A DNA stretch of 52,996 nt, counting the filler, from Sphacelaria rigidula (lineage: Eukaryota), in the NCBI GenBank assembly GCA_964200075.2. It is 2 parts of 2 records of this genome, joined end to end, with 100 filler letters (N's around TTAATTAATTAA, not from the genome) between each part and the next. Parts side by side here need not be neighbours in the genome. Positions count along the whole stretch, not along the records: positions 26,565 to 52,996 come from CAXNAA020000138.1; 1 more part is not named here. One strand, 5' to 3'. Positions 35,362-48,364 of this stretch are shown piece by piece. The notes beneath the pieces were generated by a model, which saw only the letters and a program-made list of their open reading frames with translations, searched no databases and had not been told where the DNA came from. Positions within the stretch are counted from its first letter, which is position 1. Every line of letters starts with the position of its first letter. The position numbers and the translations under genes were made by a program.

Positions 35362-38300
35362 TGTAGAGTAGTCCACCTCCGGTACACGTACGTGCAGGTT
35401 CATGATGATCTACAAATGGAACAATCCGCTGTAGGCGTTTTCTATTGGTTGACGGGCTTGCGGGTCTGATCGGCAGATTATGTGGATTTGAACATCACAT
35501 GCTTCACGCATGCGCTTACTTCCGATAACGAAGGCTGTATGTTTATGAATAACAACTGTCTTGAAGTCTCCAGGCCCTGGTGAGGGAGGAAGCCCTTGGA
35601 GCAATCTTGTGACCTTGTTCTGAGTCCGGGACGGCTCTATAATAAACGTTTATTAAGAGGAAACCGCTAGTTTCTGAAAGAAGTTTGTCAGCTGTGGACA
35701 GCTGGGAAAAATTATATCAAAATTTGAACACAGTAGAGTGCACACTGTATTGTGAGGGAGCTCGCTGGCAACGGAGAGACGGCTAGGTTGGCTGGAACTG
35801 ATGCGTGCAGCTATTGAAACGCGCAAGAAAGTGGATGATGGTGATGCAGGCGAAGAGGTGAAGTTTAAGTTTACTGAGCTTATGCCTGCAGGATCGCTGA
35901 AAGCCCTAGAGGACGGACGGCATTTTAGCGAAAATGCGTCCCGACGTTTTTATCTGAAATACGTCGAGTATGAAGAGGCGATCAAAATGAACAACAAAGG
36001 ACGTAGCATGCAGGCCATCTTACTGACGGTTACTGAACTGGTGCCGAGGCACATACGTGCGTGTTTGTCACGCGAGTTTTGACGGATCTGTGCTTGACGA
36101 AGACGATCTCAAGGAGGCACTGGGCCGACACGCGAAGTGTTGGGAGGATGAAGAGATTGATCCTTCAGTTGCTGCTGCTGGTGTGCGGAAAGCGTTGGCT
36201 GCTCGCAACGAGCAAACTGCAGTAGGAAGAGTAGAAGGGCAGTGGGGTGCCCTGGAGGAATTTTTTGCGGAGAATACTAGCGCTGAGCGTGCGTTCCGCG
36301 ATGATGCAGATTTCAAACCGGGACCCGCTCAAATCATAACTTGGGAAATGTTGAATGGACCGACCCCCCCTGAATTCAAAAGTAAAGTCCTCAATATGTT
36401 GAACATGAATGGGGGGTGGAAGGAGGACCCTGGGCTTGTGTTTAACACGGCTCGGGAAGCAGCGGAAGCATGGAAGACGGTGGAAGCGCCGTCAGCAGCC
36501 GCAGCTGAAACAAAGGAGTGGCAGCGGGACCTCCGGATCCGAGCGCGAACCGAATGGTGGAAAAACGGCGACCGCTGGCAGTGAGACACCAGTTCCAGGA
36601 AATCTCGGGAACCAGGTCCAAGCTATGCACGTTGTTTCTCATGTGGAGACAAGGGCGACTTCGTGAAGAAGGATTGTAAGCAGCAAAGCCAAGCTGCTGC
36701 TCCGATACTACAGGTGGGTAATCGAAGGCCGGCGACAAGCAGCAGCAACAACAGCAGCTGTCGCAGAACCCTGGACAGGTGCCTCGCGGAGGGGGCACGA
36801 GTCCCGCCCCTACAAGGGCTGTCTTTTCAGCCGATGGACAAAGTGCTGCCAGCGGGGGGGCGACGTTGCCACCAGAACCGATCGTTTTTACTGGTGGCGT
36901 GCAGCAGACCATCTCATCGCACTCGTTCCCGGGTTCGAACTCTGCGGCGGTGCCAGCAAGGAAATCGCTCAAAGCGGGTGAGATGTCAGGTTTTCAATCT
37001 AAGGGTCTGCAAGTAGATCACAAGGAAAGGTGGTGTCTTGCCGACTTGTCTGTCCCGAGTGCCGGAGCAAAGGGTGTTTGTCCGGTCAAGGCCATTTCAG
37101 ACTCGGGATCTGGAATTCCGACCATGTCAGTGGGTGTAGCGGTGAAATTACAAGCTATGGCTCCAGATGTTCGAGTGTTTACACCGATGGTCGATGAACG
37201 GCAATGTTGAGCGTGTGAAGCAGAAAACTTGCGCTGTCCGCATCGCTTTACACACCAGCTTGGGACCGGTTGTGCTGGACCCATGTTCATATGCAGTCAT
37301 GCCAGGTACAGATGGTGTGGTCATCATGGGGAGCCCTACGCTGGAGGCGCTGGGCATTGACGTGTACAGTAGCTTGGGTGCCTCTGCACGTGCAAGAAAC
37401 ACTTCGGTGCGAGGTGTAAACACGCCTGATTTTACGGACTGTCGGCGTGTCAGTACCACGGGTGACGCTTTACAGCAACCAGGAGGCCGGGTGGAGCCCG
37501 TTTATTCCTCAGTCAAGCGGTTGTTGTCGAGAAGTCCGGCGATGAGCACATCCCCGGAACAAGAGCTTGCTGAGCTTGATGTTGCGCCGGAGGAGGCAGT
37601 ACAAGCCGCCGCGGATAACGGCATATCGGAGAGCGACGTGAGCCAGATTCGTGAACCTGTACGGAACAGAGCGAGCATTTTTAGATGAGTGCTGCATGGT
37701 TATCGGCCTGCTCGCGTCGAGCCCTGGAGGGTGAAATTCAAACCTGCTGCTGTGGAGGCAAAGGCTCGGCCGAGGGCATACTTTCCGGTCAGGATGGCGT
37801 GGTTGGCACGCTTCATCGCAACATTGGTGGCGCTCGGGCTCGTGTACTGCAGTTTGCAGGTAGAGTGGGCGAGAGCGGCGATTGCAACGCCCGAGAAGTC
37901 CTGTTTTCGCTGGATGAATGCATACAAGGCGGGGGAGGGAGTTTCCCGTCACCACAAGGAGGTCCGCTGGGGGATAATGGCTTGGACAAAGGAGATCGGT
38001 TCAAGTATATATTGGTAAAGATGGATGACCCGGTCGACTTCGTGCGGTTGGGGCCCGCGGAGTCGTGTACGGCAGCAACGACGGTGAAGCATCTGTTAAC
38101 ATGGTGCGAAGCGCTGGGGCCGCAGGAGGGATGGGTCAGAGATGCGGTATCGCAATATGAGAATCGTGTGGTGAGAGTGCTCAAGAAGGCGCTGATGGAT
38201 CGCAGATTCGTGGTGGCCAATTCGCGGTCGTCACATCGTGAATGTGAGCGAATGGTGCGTGACATTGTTCGTACCTTGAAGGTCATAATGCAGAGAGAAA

Positions 38301-39820
38301 CACTCGATGCCAACGCCTGGGTGGGTTTGGTACCTGCCGTGTAGTGGGCATTGCACACTGGTTTTCGGGACAGCTGTGAGAGCTGTAGCTGTATCTATGA
38401 TGCGAGGAGCCTGTTGGAGTGGAAATGCTACTCTACGGTGTGGACGAGATTGTAGCCGGAGAGCTGCTGTTTCTCAGGAGGAGCGCAGGAGAATTACAAG
38501 TCAGGCATTGCCTGAGGTGCTGGATGTTGCGGTGAGCGCCGGGTTGGGTGATGTTAAGGAGCATGTACTAGTGGAATTTCTTGTTGAGAATGAGGAAGCA
38601 CATTGTGACCTGTATACCTGAATCGTTTTGAGGACGATTGTAGGTGGTGGTGATGTGGTTCCTGGACTTGTCTGTTGTGTTGAGCTGGTTGGCACGCATG
38701 ATACATGGTGGTTTCTACGAAGAAGCTGCTGAGTGAAATATGAGCATGCAGGTGTGACTGATGTGCATGGTGTCTGATAAAGAGTCAGAGTGAGGCAGTT
38801 TCCAATACACTGCTGTGTGCTGAATGAAATACAGCTCGTATATTATTGTTCGCGCCAAAAGTGGAATCATCTTTGTGCGGTTTGCAAAAACTGGCTGTAG
38901 GAGATGGTGATTGCTGCTGCTGGCGTGAAAATGAGCGGAAACTACGAAATGCGTATGCTTGTATGTGAACAAGTATAACGTGAGTATTTCCAGAGGTAAA
39001 CGATGAACGAAATCGTACGCGGATACAGTGATCTTTTACTGTGGTACATCTTTGATGGCTTGTCATGTGTTTGGATAAGCGCATAGATGGTGTTTCGCTC
39101 TGAAAAACGGAGAATGTGGATGGTGTGCCTATTTTTCTGGAAGGAGCACCGCCTATTTGTTCTAAGCTGCGTCAGTAAGAACTGAGTCAAACGGTGCGGG
39201 CACGGTTGTAGGCAAAGTACGGTATCAAGCTTTGAGTGCATGGTATGATCGAATGCTATGGTTTGAAATGGTATTTTCCTCGGCGCGTTTGCTTTGTGTG
39301 AGCATGCCACGACTGGAAATTGTCGTTGGGTGAATTATTGACTTCACTAAATTCGATTGAGACGCTGTGTTCAAGTGTCGTTATTCAGCGTTTTGCGAAT
39401 GATCATTTTCTTTGTGAACATGACATAGCATGGTCATGTGTCACCAACAGGCGGACAAAGGTAGCATGAACGTGTTTGTCGGTGTCTATTGTTTGTCAAA
39501 CTCACTTCCTACTTCGAGCAGTGCGGAGTTTTGGGGGTGCTGTAGAGTAGTCCACCTCCAGTACACGTACGTGCAGGTTCATGATGATCTACAAATAGAA
39601 CAATCTGCTGTAGGCGTTTTCTATTGGTTGACGGACTTGCGGGTCTGATCGGCAGACTATGTGGATTTGAACATCACATGCTTCACGCATGTGCTTACTT
39701 CCGATAACGAAGGCTGTATGTTTATGAATAACAACTGTCTTGAAGTCTCCAGGCCCTGGTGAGGGAGGAAGCCCTAGGAGTAATCTTGTGACCTTGTTCT
39801 GAGTCCAGGACGGCTCTATA
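35362..39820 (+). mobile_element. Internally deleted Ty3/Gypsy LTR retrotransposon with both LTRs
   Basis: 280-bp LTRs at 35362-35641 and 39541-39820; I count 9 substitutions, 8 of them transitions. Termini TGtagag...ctcTA-TA. TSD imperfect (cccc/ttcc). Confidence 0.95.
35801..38370 (+). pseudogene. Frameshifted gag-pol remnant
   Basis: gag with degenerate knuckle CFSCGDKGDFVKKDC (~36633); protease AISDSGSG (~37091); RT N-terminus 37690-37930 joined directly to integrase core (KYILVKMDD...ECERMVRDIVRTLK). YxDD and RNase H are absent. Confidence 0.9.
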
Positions 39821-39989
39821 TTCCTCCCTTTTTTACAGCGGATACTTCAAGTATCTTGGTCTCCGCTGACATTCTTCATCCCAGGTCAGGCGCAACCAGC
39901 AGTGTACATATTCCATGCTCAGCTGCCGGCGCCGCTGCCGCCACCCGCGGCTCTGTAGCATCGATCTAGGGACTAGGTTCCACCTCACC

Positions 39990-42810
39990 CGGTGGGTACG
40001 CAAGCAAATTCATTGTATGGGTCATTTCACCCGTCCGGGGCTATCCCTGCCTCAAACGCCATTTCAGCCGAAGCGAGTAGGAACGATGCACAGCAGCTGT
40101 GGGTACAAGCTGAAGTTTGGCACCACAGCAAGAGTAGAACGGTGTTACTGGGCACCGGGGCAGGGGGAGAGAGCTATTTATCGAAAGAGTGGTGGAGGTT
40201 GTTGGTAAGATGGGGTAATATAGCAAATAACTTACAACGACATGGAGCAGGAATTTTTAGGTCCGCTAACTCTAGTAACAGCAAGATACCTCCGATGAGG
40301 ATTCTAGGGTCAGCGGTAATTCCTATTCGTTTCCACACAGAGGATAAGCTAATAAAGGTATGGGTCCGGGTGGTCCATGAATTACCATACGGATTTATTT
40401 CGGGAGCGAGTTTCTTCAGTTATCTTTCGAAGGGCGATCGAGATTTCAGCCTTTACCGGAGGCGCCATGATGACGGTTCGTATCTAAGTCCCCCAAAACT
40501 CAGAGCTCTTGACACCGAACACCGCACCAGCCGAGAAGATTCGGCAACTTTGGACCTCTTCCGTCCTGTCAAGCCAAGTGCGCTCGGTGACGACTCGACG
40601 GGGAGGTTCTCTGGTCGGAGCGAACTGGCAGCATCGAATGAGGTGTGGAAAAGCATTGAAGTGGCGTGGGAGGACGATGCTACGCAGCAGTGGCTGCTGC
40701 ATATAACGGAGGATGTAAGCTCAGAAGGATTCGCTCACAAGCTAGTCCCGTGCTACGTGCAATCGACGCCAGCTAGCATGGGCAGCCAACTATGTCACGG
40801 TTCGAAAAAGGGACGGACGGTAGTTTACGACCCTGTCAAGATTATCGTTGACTAGAACCTACTTCTGGAGTCATACAGCGGCAGTTTGAGGGATATTCAG
40901 ACCATATATCGTGGGCTAGCAGAATCCAAGTACGATACGAGTGTTGATTTAGCGCATGGGTTTTTCCAGTTGGAGGTAGAGAGAATATATTGGAAGCCAA
41001 AGAGTTCGTGGAAGTGATACGCGGACGCGGACTGGAAGGTGTTGGATTGTGTTGGAGTAAACCAGATTGGAAAGGGAGTCAGGCTGGTACGTACGAGTTC
41101 AGGGCGGTTCTTTCCAGAACCTTGTGGAAGAAGTGCAACCAAAAGTGTTGGTAAGGGATACAAGTCGGATTGCACCAATCGAAATGGCCGAGCCGGGGTC
41201 TGCATCAGCCAGCGTCGCCAAAGAGTTGGTCGAGTCATTCCTCTCATCAACCTCTGTGACAACGCTGATCTTAGAGAGTACTGCTGTGATGGTGCGCTCT
41301 CCTGGTTGGAACGAGCTCGTTGCCCCATGTCAAGCGGAGCTGGGTGTCTCACTGAGCAGGCCTCAGTCTCAGCCATGCAGGTGGGCGCACCATATCGGAA
41401 GAGACGGACACATGTGGTGGCCTTGAAAGCTGATCGTCGGAGGGAAAGATAACTGCGAGCGTGGAAGGAAGCAGCGAGTGGAAGCGTACGCCGTCGCCTG
41501 CCCCACGTTGGGTTAGCGATTAGGGCGGACAGGGATTTATTTTTCTGGTGCCGACAGGACAGGGCCAGGTGATTCACACTTCCGAGAATCCGACGCCTAT
41601 ATTATCTCGTTCTCAGCTGACGAAATGGAAACCAAGGCGCGAGGAATTCAGACCCCATAGGGCGAACGCAGGTGGATAGGAGGAAGCAACCGAGCTGGAA
41701 AGAGACGATTTCGTGAAAATTGCGCCTTCTCTCGACTGTTACGAGACACCACCCCGGTAAATAACGACGCCATGCCATAGATTGTGGCTGATTTCGTTCA
41801 CCTGTGGATGATAACGGCGGTTCTATCCAGTGGAAGTGGAAGGTTTGTTTAGCCTGACTCATATCCAGGGTAAAGATGAGGATTTGAGTACGCTCGCTAC
41901 GATTTGGCCTCGTGACGAAGCAGAGTTACCAGATAAAGACCCTGGTGGGCGGAAGTCAGATCAAGACCCTGGTGGGCGGGAGACTCCGACTGAGGAGCCA
42001 CGGATACGAAGTAAAGGTAGCCCTCAGACCGTTCTCGGGCAGGCGAGAGCGATTCTGATGAACAAGCCACGACTGGTTTTGCTGCAAGAGCGGGACTCCC
42101 GGCTTTGGCCCATCAGGGATAGGACGAGGGAACGGGTAAGAGACAGGAAGCGTACGTTCGAAAATGACGATGATCTTCTATAGTATACCTCACTTAGGGC
42201 GCCAGGTAGGTTGGGCGCCAGGTAGGTTGGCTGTGCCACGCAGCGTAGTGCCCGGCCTGCTCGCGTTGGTGCACACTACGCATGGGTACGCCAGAGTGAT
42301 GAAAACGACTGTAGTGGTCAACACACGCTATGAGTGACCCGGTCTCATCGCTGACACTCGCAAATACGTGCTGTTTTGTGGATGTCGCCGACGCAAACGT
42401 ACTAATAGTCATATCATAATGATACGACCCGTCCGCTTCTTGCAGTTCTGGGCGATGATGTGGATGGACATATCGAACCTGAAGCAGATTTCTACTTCTG
42501 GTATTAGGTACTTGTTGGTTCTAATGCATCGAGCGACCAAGGTTTCCTTGCTCTCCCACTAGCAGCCAAGGTTACTGAGCACGTAGTTAGGGATCTGCTG
42601 AAACTGTTCTTGACGCTCGAAGCGCCCTATTTGTTTTGAAGCGACGCTGGGGGGGAGTTCACTTCGGAAGTAGTAAACCATGTATGCCATGTGGATGAAG
42701 GTGGACCTGGATCATGGCCCCGCAGATCACTCTCGCGATCAGGGCGCGGTGGAAAGATATGGAGAGGGTTTGCATGGCGTTTGAGCCGAGCTACGTAAGC
42801 AGTGGCTGGG
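39990..42810 (+). pseudogene. pol: Heavily decayed pol of a different Gypsy lineage
   Basis: VLLGTGAG (protease-like); SVDLAHGFFQL (RT, ~40940); LVHTTHGY...YVLFCGCRRRKR (integrase zinc finger, ~42260-42400); SGIRYLLVLMHRATK (integrase core). Confidence 0.8.
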
Positions 42811-42827
42811 ATGGTGGTAACATTCGA

Positions 42828-44623
42828 GCAAAAATTCGCACATGCCTGCCAAAATACCACTCAGCGTATGAAAATCCGAACATGCCTGCCAATATTTCAC
42901 TCGTCACATGCAATGCCACCTTCCTCGCAGCAAACACCATGCAACGTCCGTGACAACCAGATCAGCACAACACACACATGCCAAATACCCACATGTACGC
43001 CAGAGTTTCACTCTGCACACGCGATACGATCATACTCGCTCGACAACCATGTTTCATGCGCAAAGATGACCACAAACCACACAATAACAAGCTGCAATCA
43101 TTCTCAAAACGATTCGCGAATACCAGTCATGATGTGTTTCCTCATTCTCAACAAGCACTCAATCACCTCAGCACTTGCTCCTCAACATCAGCACCCAACT
43201 CGGCGTACACCACAACAGCAAACACCTCAGGAAATGCCTTCTTTGTAGTCCTCCAGCTCGCTCCTGAGAAACAGTAGCACTCGAACCACAACCCCGTGCA
43301 CAGCGTAGAGCAGCGCTTCCTCTCGGATACCCCCTTCTTTTACCTTTAGTCTTGCTACACTTGGCACCCCCATGGTGTAGCTCAACACACCGCTCAAAGG
43401 TACATTCGCACTGCGAAACCTATGCGACAGATCCTCCGCCTCCACAGCTGCTTTGGCAGTACTGAACACCTGTGCTTCAGTCAGTTTCACAAAGGAAACC
43501 AGAGACGAAACGGGAACAGCTACACAGTCCCGAACAGCAACACCTCCTGATGGCACACTCTCCTCCTCAAACACCCCGCGGCGCAACAGTGGAGACACCG
43601 CCGCCATCGCCGCCAAATACACCAAACCTGTCCATGCATACAGCAGTGCACACGACCACCCCAACACCATGCCACGCTCGTCGTCGTCGTCGGAATTATG
43701 ATCGCTGACAGCATCACGAGCTTGCAGGTCGCTCTGCATACCCACTTCACGCGGGTCACACGCCCCTGTTGTCTCGATCATGCAAGGCGTGTCCACAGCT
43801 ACGCGCTAGTCCGGCGGCAATTCCGCCAACCCGGCATCCACCTGTCCTTCAAGCAGACACCCCTGCGAATCATCTGAACGATGTTCCGCCCTGTCACTGG
43901 CGCGGATAGATTCACCGGCATGAGGTCAGAAACTGCTGCCACCTCATAGAGGTTTGTCCACCGCGCGTTCACCTGTTCTACATCTCGAAAATATTGCTCA
44001 CATTTGCGTAAAAACTGGGCAGATTTCTCTCCCGAAAACTTGCGGCCGTAGTCCGGCATCTCCAGCGCCAGTACAGGAACAACACGACCATCGACGATGG
44101 CATATTCCTGCGCCTCGTACATTTCGGTCAGCAGTACAGTACTCCACACGCCTTCTTGAAAAACAAAGTCGCCTCCCACTCACAGGAACAACAACTCTCT
44201 CCTTACACCGAGACGCGCTGTACCACCTTACAACGACAACGGCCACAGCACCTCTTCCTCACGCAGGTCTCACCACGTGTTTGACGTCCTTAGACTCCTC
44301 TTCCTGGCCGTACCTGGCCAAGCGTGGAACAAGCAACGCTCGCTGGCTTCACTAGGCAGTGATTTCGCCGCTTTCCTGGAACGCGCACGGGCTCGCCAGC
44401 TGTCAGTCAACCCCCCGCACCTCTCGCACGAGCGATACCGCAGCCCAACCTAGCACTGCCTCAGAACCTCCTCGGCTCTACTCCTCCAACTGCTCGCGAC
44501 GTTAACACGCCTTGAGCTGGTCTCGTTTGCTGCAAACTGATCAGGCCTACAGGCTTCCCTATCTTGAAATGTCAGCTGCTTTACAGCGAAACTACCGCCT
44601 CAGCGGACTCAGTGAACGTTCAT
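42828..44623 (-). mobile_element. Internal region of a non-autonomous LTR element (gag N-terminus, no pol), copy A
   Basis: MPDYGRKFSGEKSAQFLRKCEQY...VSDLMP resembles gag at 35890-36050; collinear with copy B. Confidence 0.8.
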
Positions 44624-44882
44624 TATAGACTTCTGTCACTCATATCAGATCGCCATGTGGACTCCTCCCATGACGGGCACATGGACTTCAGCAGCTTTGC
44701 TTATTTATGTAGTAACCCTCAGCATAGTACAGGAGAACAGGACCATAGCCTCTCTCCACCAGAGTAGCAAAACCGGGCCTACTCGTCATGGAGATCACCC
44801 ATCACAGAGTCCGGCAATAAGACCCGCGACTCCACCTACAAATGCCCCTAACATCAGGTGACAATGATGGCTAGAGTCTATA
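44624..44882 (-). mobile_element. 259-bp LTR between copies A and B
   Basis: tatagac...gtctata; reverse complement of 52656-52914. Confidence 0.9.
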
Positions 44883-47700
44883 GTGCCAACCAGATCAGCA
44901 CAACACACATATGCCAAATATCCACGTATACGCCAGACTCTCATCCTACACACGCGATACGATCATACTCGCTCAACAACCATGTTTCATGCGCAAAGAT
45001 GACCACAAACCACACAATAACCAGCTGCAACCATTCTCAAAACGATTCGCGAATACTAGTCATGACGTGTTTCCTCATTCTCAACAAGCACTCAATCATC
45101 GCAGCACCTGCTCCTCAACATCAGCACCCAACTCGGCGCTCACCACAACAGCAAACACCTCAGGTAATGCCTCCTTTGTAGTCCTCCAGCCCGCTCCTGA
45201 GAAACAGCAGTACTCGAACCACAACCTCGTGCACAGCGTAGAGCAGCGTTTCCACTCGAACACTCGCTCCTTGAGCCATGAGTTAAGCTACAGCTCTACC
45301 CTCGTGGATTTGCTCAGCTCGTCACTAAAAGGTATATCCGCACCGCCGAACCAATGCGACAAGCCATCTGTCTTCACAGCTGCTTTGGCAGTACTGAACA
45401 CCTGTGCTTCAGTCAGTTTCACAGAGGAAACCAGAGGCAAAACGGGAACAGCTACACAGTCCCGAACAGCAACACCTCCTGATGGCACGTTATCCTCCTC
45501 AAACACCCCGCGGCGCAACAGTGGAGACACCACCGCCATCGCTGTCAAATACGCCAAACCTGTCCATGTAAACAGCGGTGCACACGACCACCCCAACACC
45601 ACGCCACGCTCGTCGTCGCCGTCGGAATTGTGATGGCTGACAGCTTGCAGGTCGTTCTGCGTACCCGCTTCACGCGGGTCACACGCCCCTATTGTTTCGA
45701 TCATGCAAGGCGTGTCCACAGCTACGCGCTGGTCCGGCGGCAATTCCGCCAACCCGGCATCCACCTGTCCTTCAAGTAGACACCCCTGTGAATCATCTGA
45801 ACGATGTTCCGCCATATCACTGTCGGGGATAGATTCACCATGAGCACGGCAAGCTCCCAGCTCACCCTGCTCGTTCGCAATACGCGAATAACACCACCCT
45901 ACAGCTTTGAGCATGCAAGGATTATCTCCAGCTACGCACTGGTCCGGCGGCACTAAGCAGCTGGGACCTCCACCCACCAGTACTTGCCCATTGGCCCATG
46001 TAGGCCTCGCCCTCTCAACATCGCCAACAGCAGCAGCGGTATCACCCATATTCGCTACAGCCGCCACCTCCTGTCCGGCTTGCTGCTTGACGGCAATAGT
46101 GGCAACGCCTCCAGCGCTCTCGTGCCTGTTCCCTCGGACTAGCGATGGCTATGTGACTTGTTCGACTCGTCCAACAGCACTGCCAGCGGCTGCTAATTCA
46201 GCAACGACTACTGTACTCTCACTGTTCTTGCTGCCGAGTGCGTCTCTTCGGACAGACACATGCGTCGTCACCTTCGCGCCCCTCAAAGTGGCACCGTGTT
46301 GTTGCTTCAGTCCCGGGCGAGCGGTTTCTACTTCTGCACGCTCAGCAGGTGCACCATCGTGCCTGTCGCCTCGGGCAGACACATGCTTCTCGGCTTTCAC
46401 AGTGCAAGCATTTTCCCTGTATCGTTGTTTCAAACGCGGACCACCTACTGCACGTTCGGCGGGTGCACTGTCGTGCCTCTCCCCTCGGGCAGACACATGC
46501 TTTTCGGCTTTCACAGTTCAATGCGCCCCACTGGACGAAGCATGCTTGCGCAACGCGAAAAGCAACTGCTCGTTCTCAACATCATAATTATGTTTCAATA
46601 ACGCCTCACGCAGACATTGCGCAATATGTTTCGGCATAAGGTCAGAAACTGCTGCCACCTCAAAGAGGTTTGTCCACCGCGTTTTCACCTGATCTAGATC
46701 TCGCACGTATTGGTCTTATTTCGGTAAAAACTCGGTCGATTTCTCGCTCGAAAAACTACGGCCGTAGCACGGCATCTCCAGCGCCAGTACATGAACAACA
46801 CGACCATCGACGATGACATATTCCTGCGCTTTGTACATTTCGATCAGCAGTACAGCACCTCACACCGCCTTCTTTCGAAAAACGAAGTCTCCTCTCACTC
46901 ACAGGAGCAACAACTCTTTCCTTACACCAAGACGGGCTGTACCACCTTACGACGACCACCACACACGCCTCTTCCTCACGCGGTTCTCACCACGTCTTGT
47001 AGTCCTTAGACTCCTCTTCCTGACCGTACCTGGCCAAGCGTGGAACACGCAACCCTCGCTGGCTGCACCAGGCAGTAGCTGCGCCGCTTTTTCTGGAACG
47101 CTGCTGGGCTCGCTAGCTGTCGACCAACCCACCGCACCTCACGCACGAGCGATACCACAGCCCACCTGTGACGATTCACAGGCAACCGATCATTAGATTA
47201 CCGTACAGTCAGCTTACGGTAGTCTAGTCGGTTGCCTATAAATCGTCACAGAAGTTAGTCGTGAGGGTTCGATCCCCGTCACTTTCACTCCGAGAAGGGC
47301 TGTCCCCTTGCCAGCGCTGTAAAACTGTTCGCGCTCACGGTATCGGTCTAATGTTGGCAACACGTATCCTGTCGGAGTTTCCCGTCTCCCCCACTCATTT
47401 CCAGAGTGTGTGCACTGGGGTCCCTAGCAGTCAACTCGGGGATTGGACTCTCCCACATGACCCTCTTTTTTACCGGAGGTAGGGTTTTCCTCATTTCTTT
47501 AAAAAAAGTGCGTCCGACGGGAACCGAACCAGCGACTACATTTTGTGACGATTGGTACGAAACCGATTGGACTACCACGCAGTCAGCGCTGGCTTTGCAG
47601 ACGTCTAATCGGTTGCCTATAAATCGTCACACGCCCTAGCACTACCTCAGAACCTCCTCGGCTCTACTTCTCCAACTCCTCGCGACGTTAACCCGCCTTG
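44883..47700 (-). mobile_element. Internal region of non-autonomous LTR element, copy B (longer)
   Basis: 44887-45840 repeats 42954-43915; 46635-47165 plus 47636-47700 repeats 43915-44515. Extra ~800 bp includes a ~117-bp internal duplication at 46330-46520. Confidence 0.85.
47167..47631 (+). mobile_element. Complete tRNA-derived palindromic-TIR element (Ginger-like or integrase-mobilised)
   Basis: Boundaries defined by the empty paralogous site at 44442-44456. Termini TGTgacgatt...aatcgtcACA; 4-bp TSD cacc/cgcc. Confidence 0.85.
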
Positions 47701-48364
47701 ACAGCAGCGGCCCAAGGACAGCAAAGAGCCTCACAAAAATAACTGCACACCTATACCGTGGTAGTGCTCTGAAGATATCGATGAAATGATTTACCATGAT
47801 GATTGAATGATTGATTAATTACATGATTGTCGCACTTCCCCTGAGCCCTCAGGGATTCAGCCGTGGTCACATTATAGGCAGACGTACCCCAGACGAAACA
47901 CATCTGAAACACCCGCTGAAGAACAAAAATGATTACGCAGATAAAAAAATACATTGATGTTTCACCCCTGCATTTGACGTCGCTCGATTCCCCCTCAATC
48001 AAAAGTCACAATTTTCCATTCTGTGGTCACTGGCTTTCTTTCGTGTGCCTCGGTAGTGCTTGTTGCCCATCATGTACTTGGTCGGGCTCTATCTACCAAA
48101 AACATATGTCACGGTCAGGAAAGGTGATGGCGCTGTTGAATCACAGTACTTGTCAGTGTTTGAAATTAAAAAATACGTATTGGCTGGGGTGCTAAAAAGG
48201 TCCTACTCGTGGGTGGCATATTGTTCCGCATATATTCATCGGGGGGATGAATACATATGGGTGAAACTTTAGCTTTGAACTTTTGAAGAGCTTCCAAATA
48301 AAAGCTACACGTTTTCGTTCTGGGGAAGTTGTCTTACGCAGGTGCCAGAGGATGAGCTGGGTGG

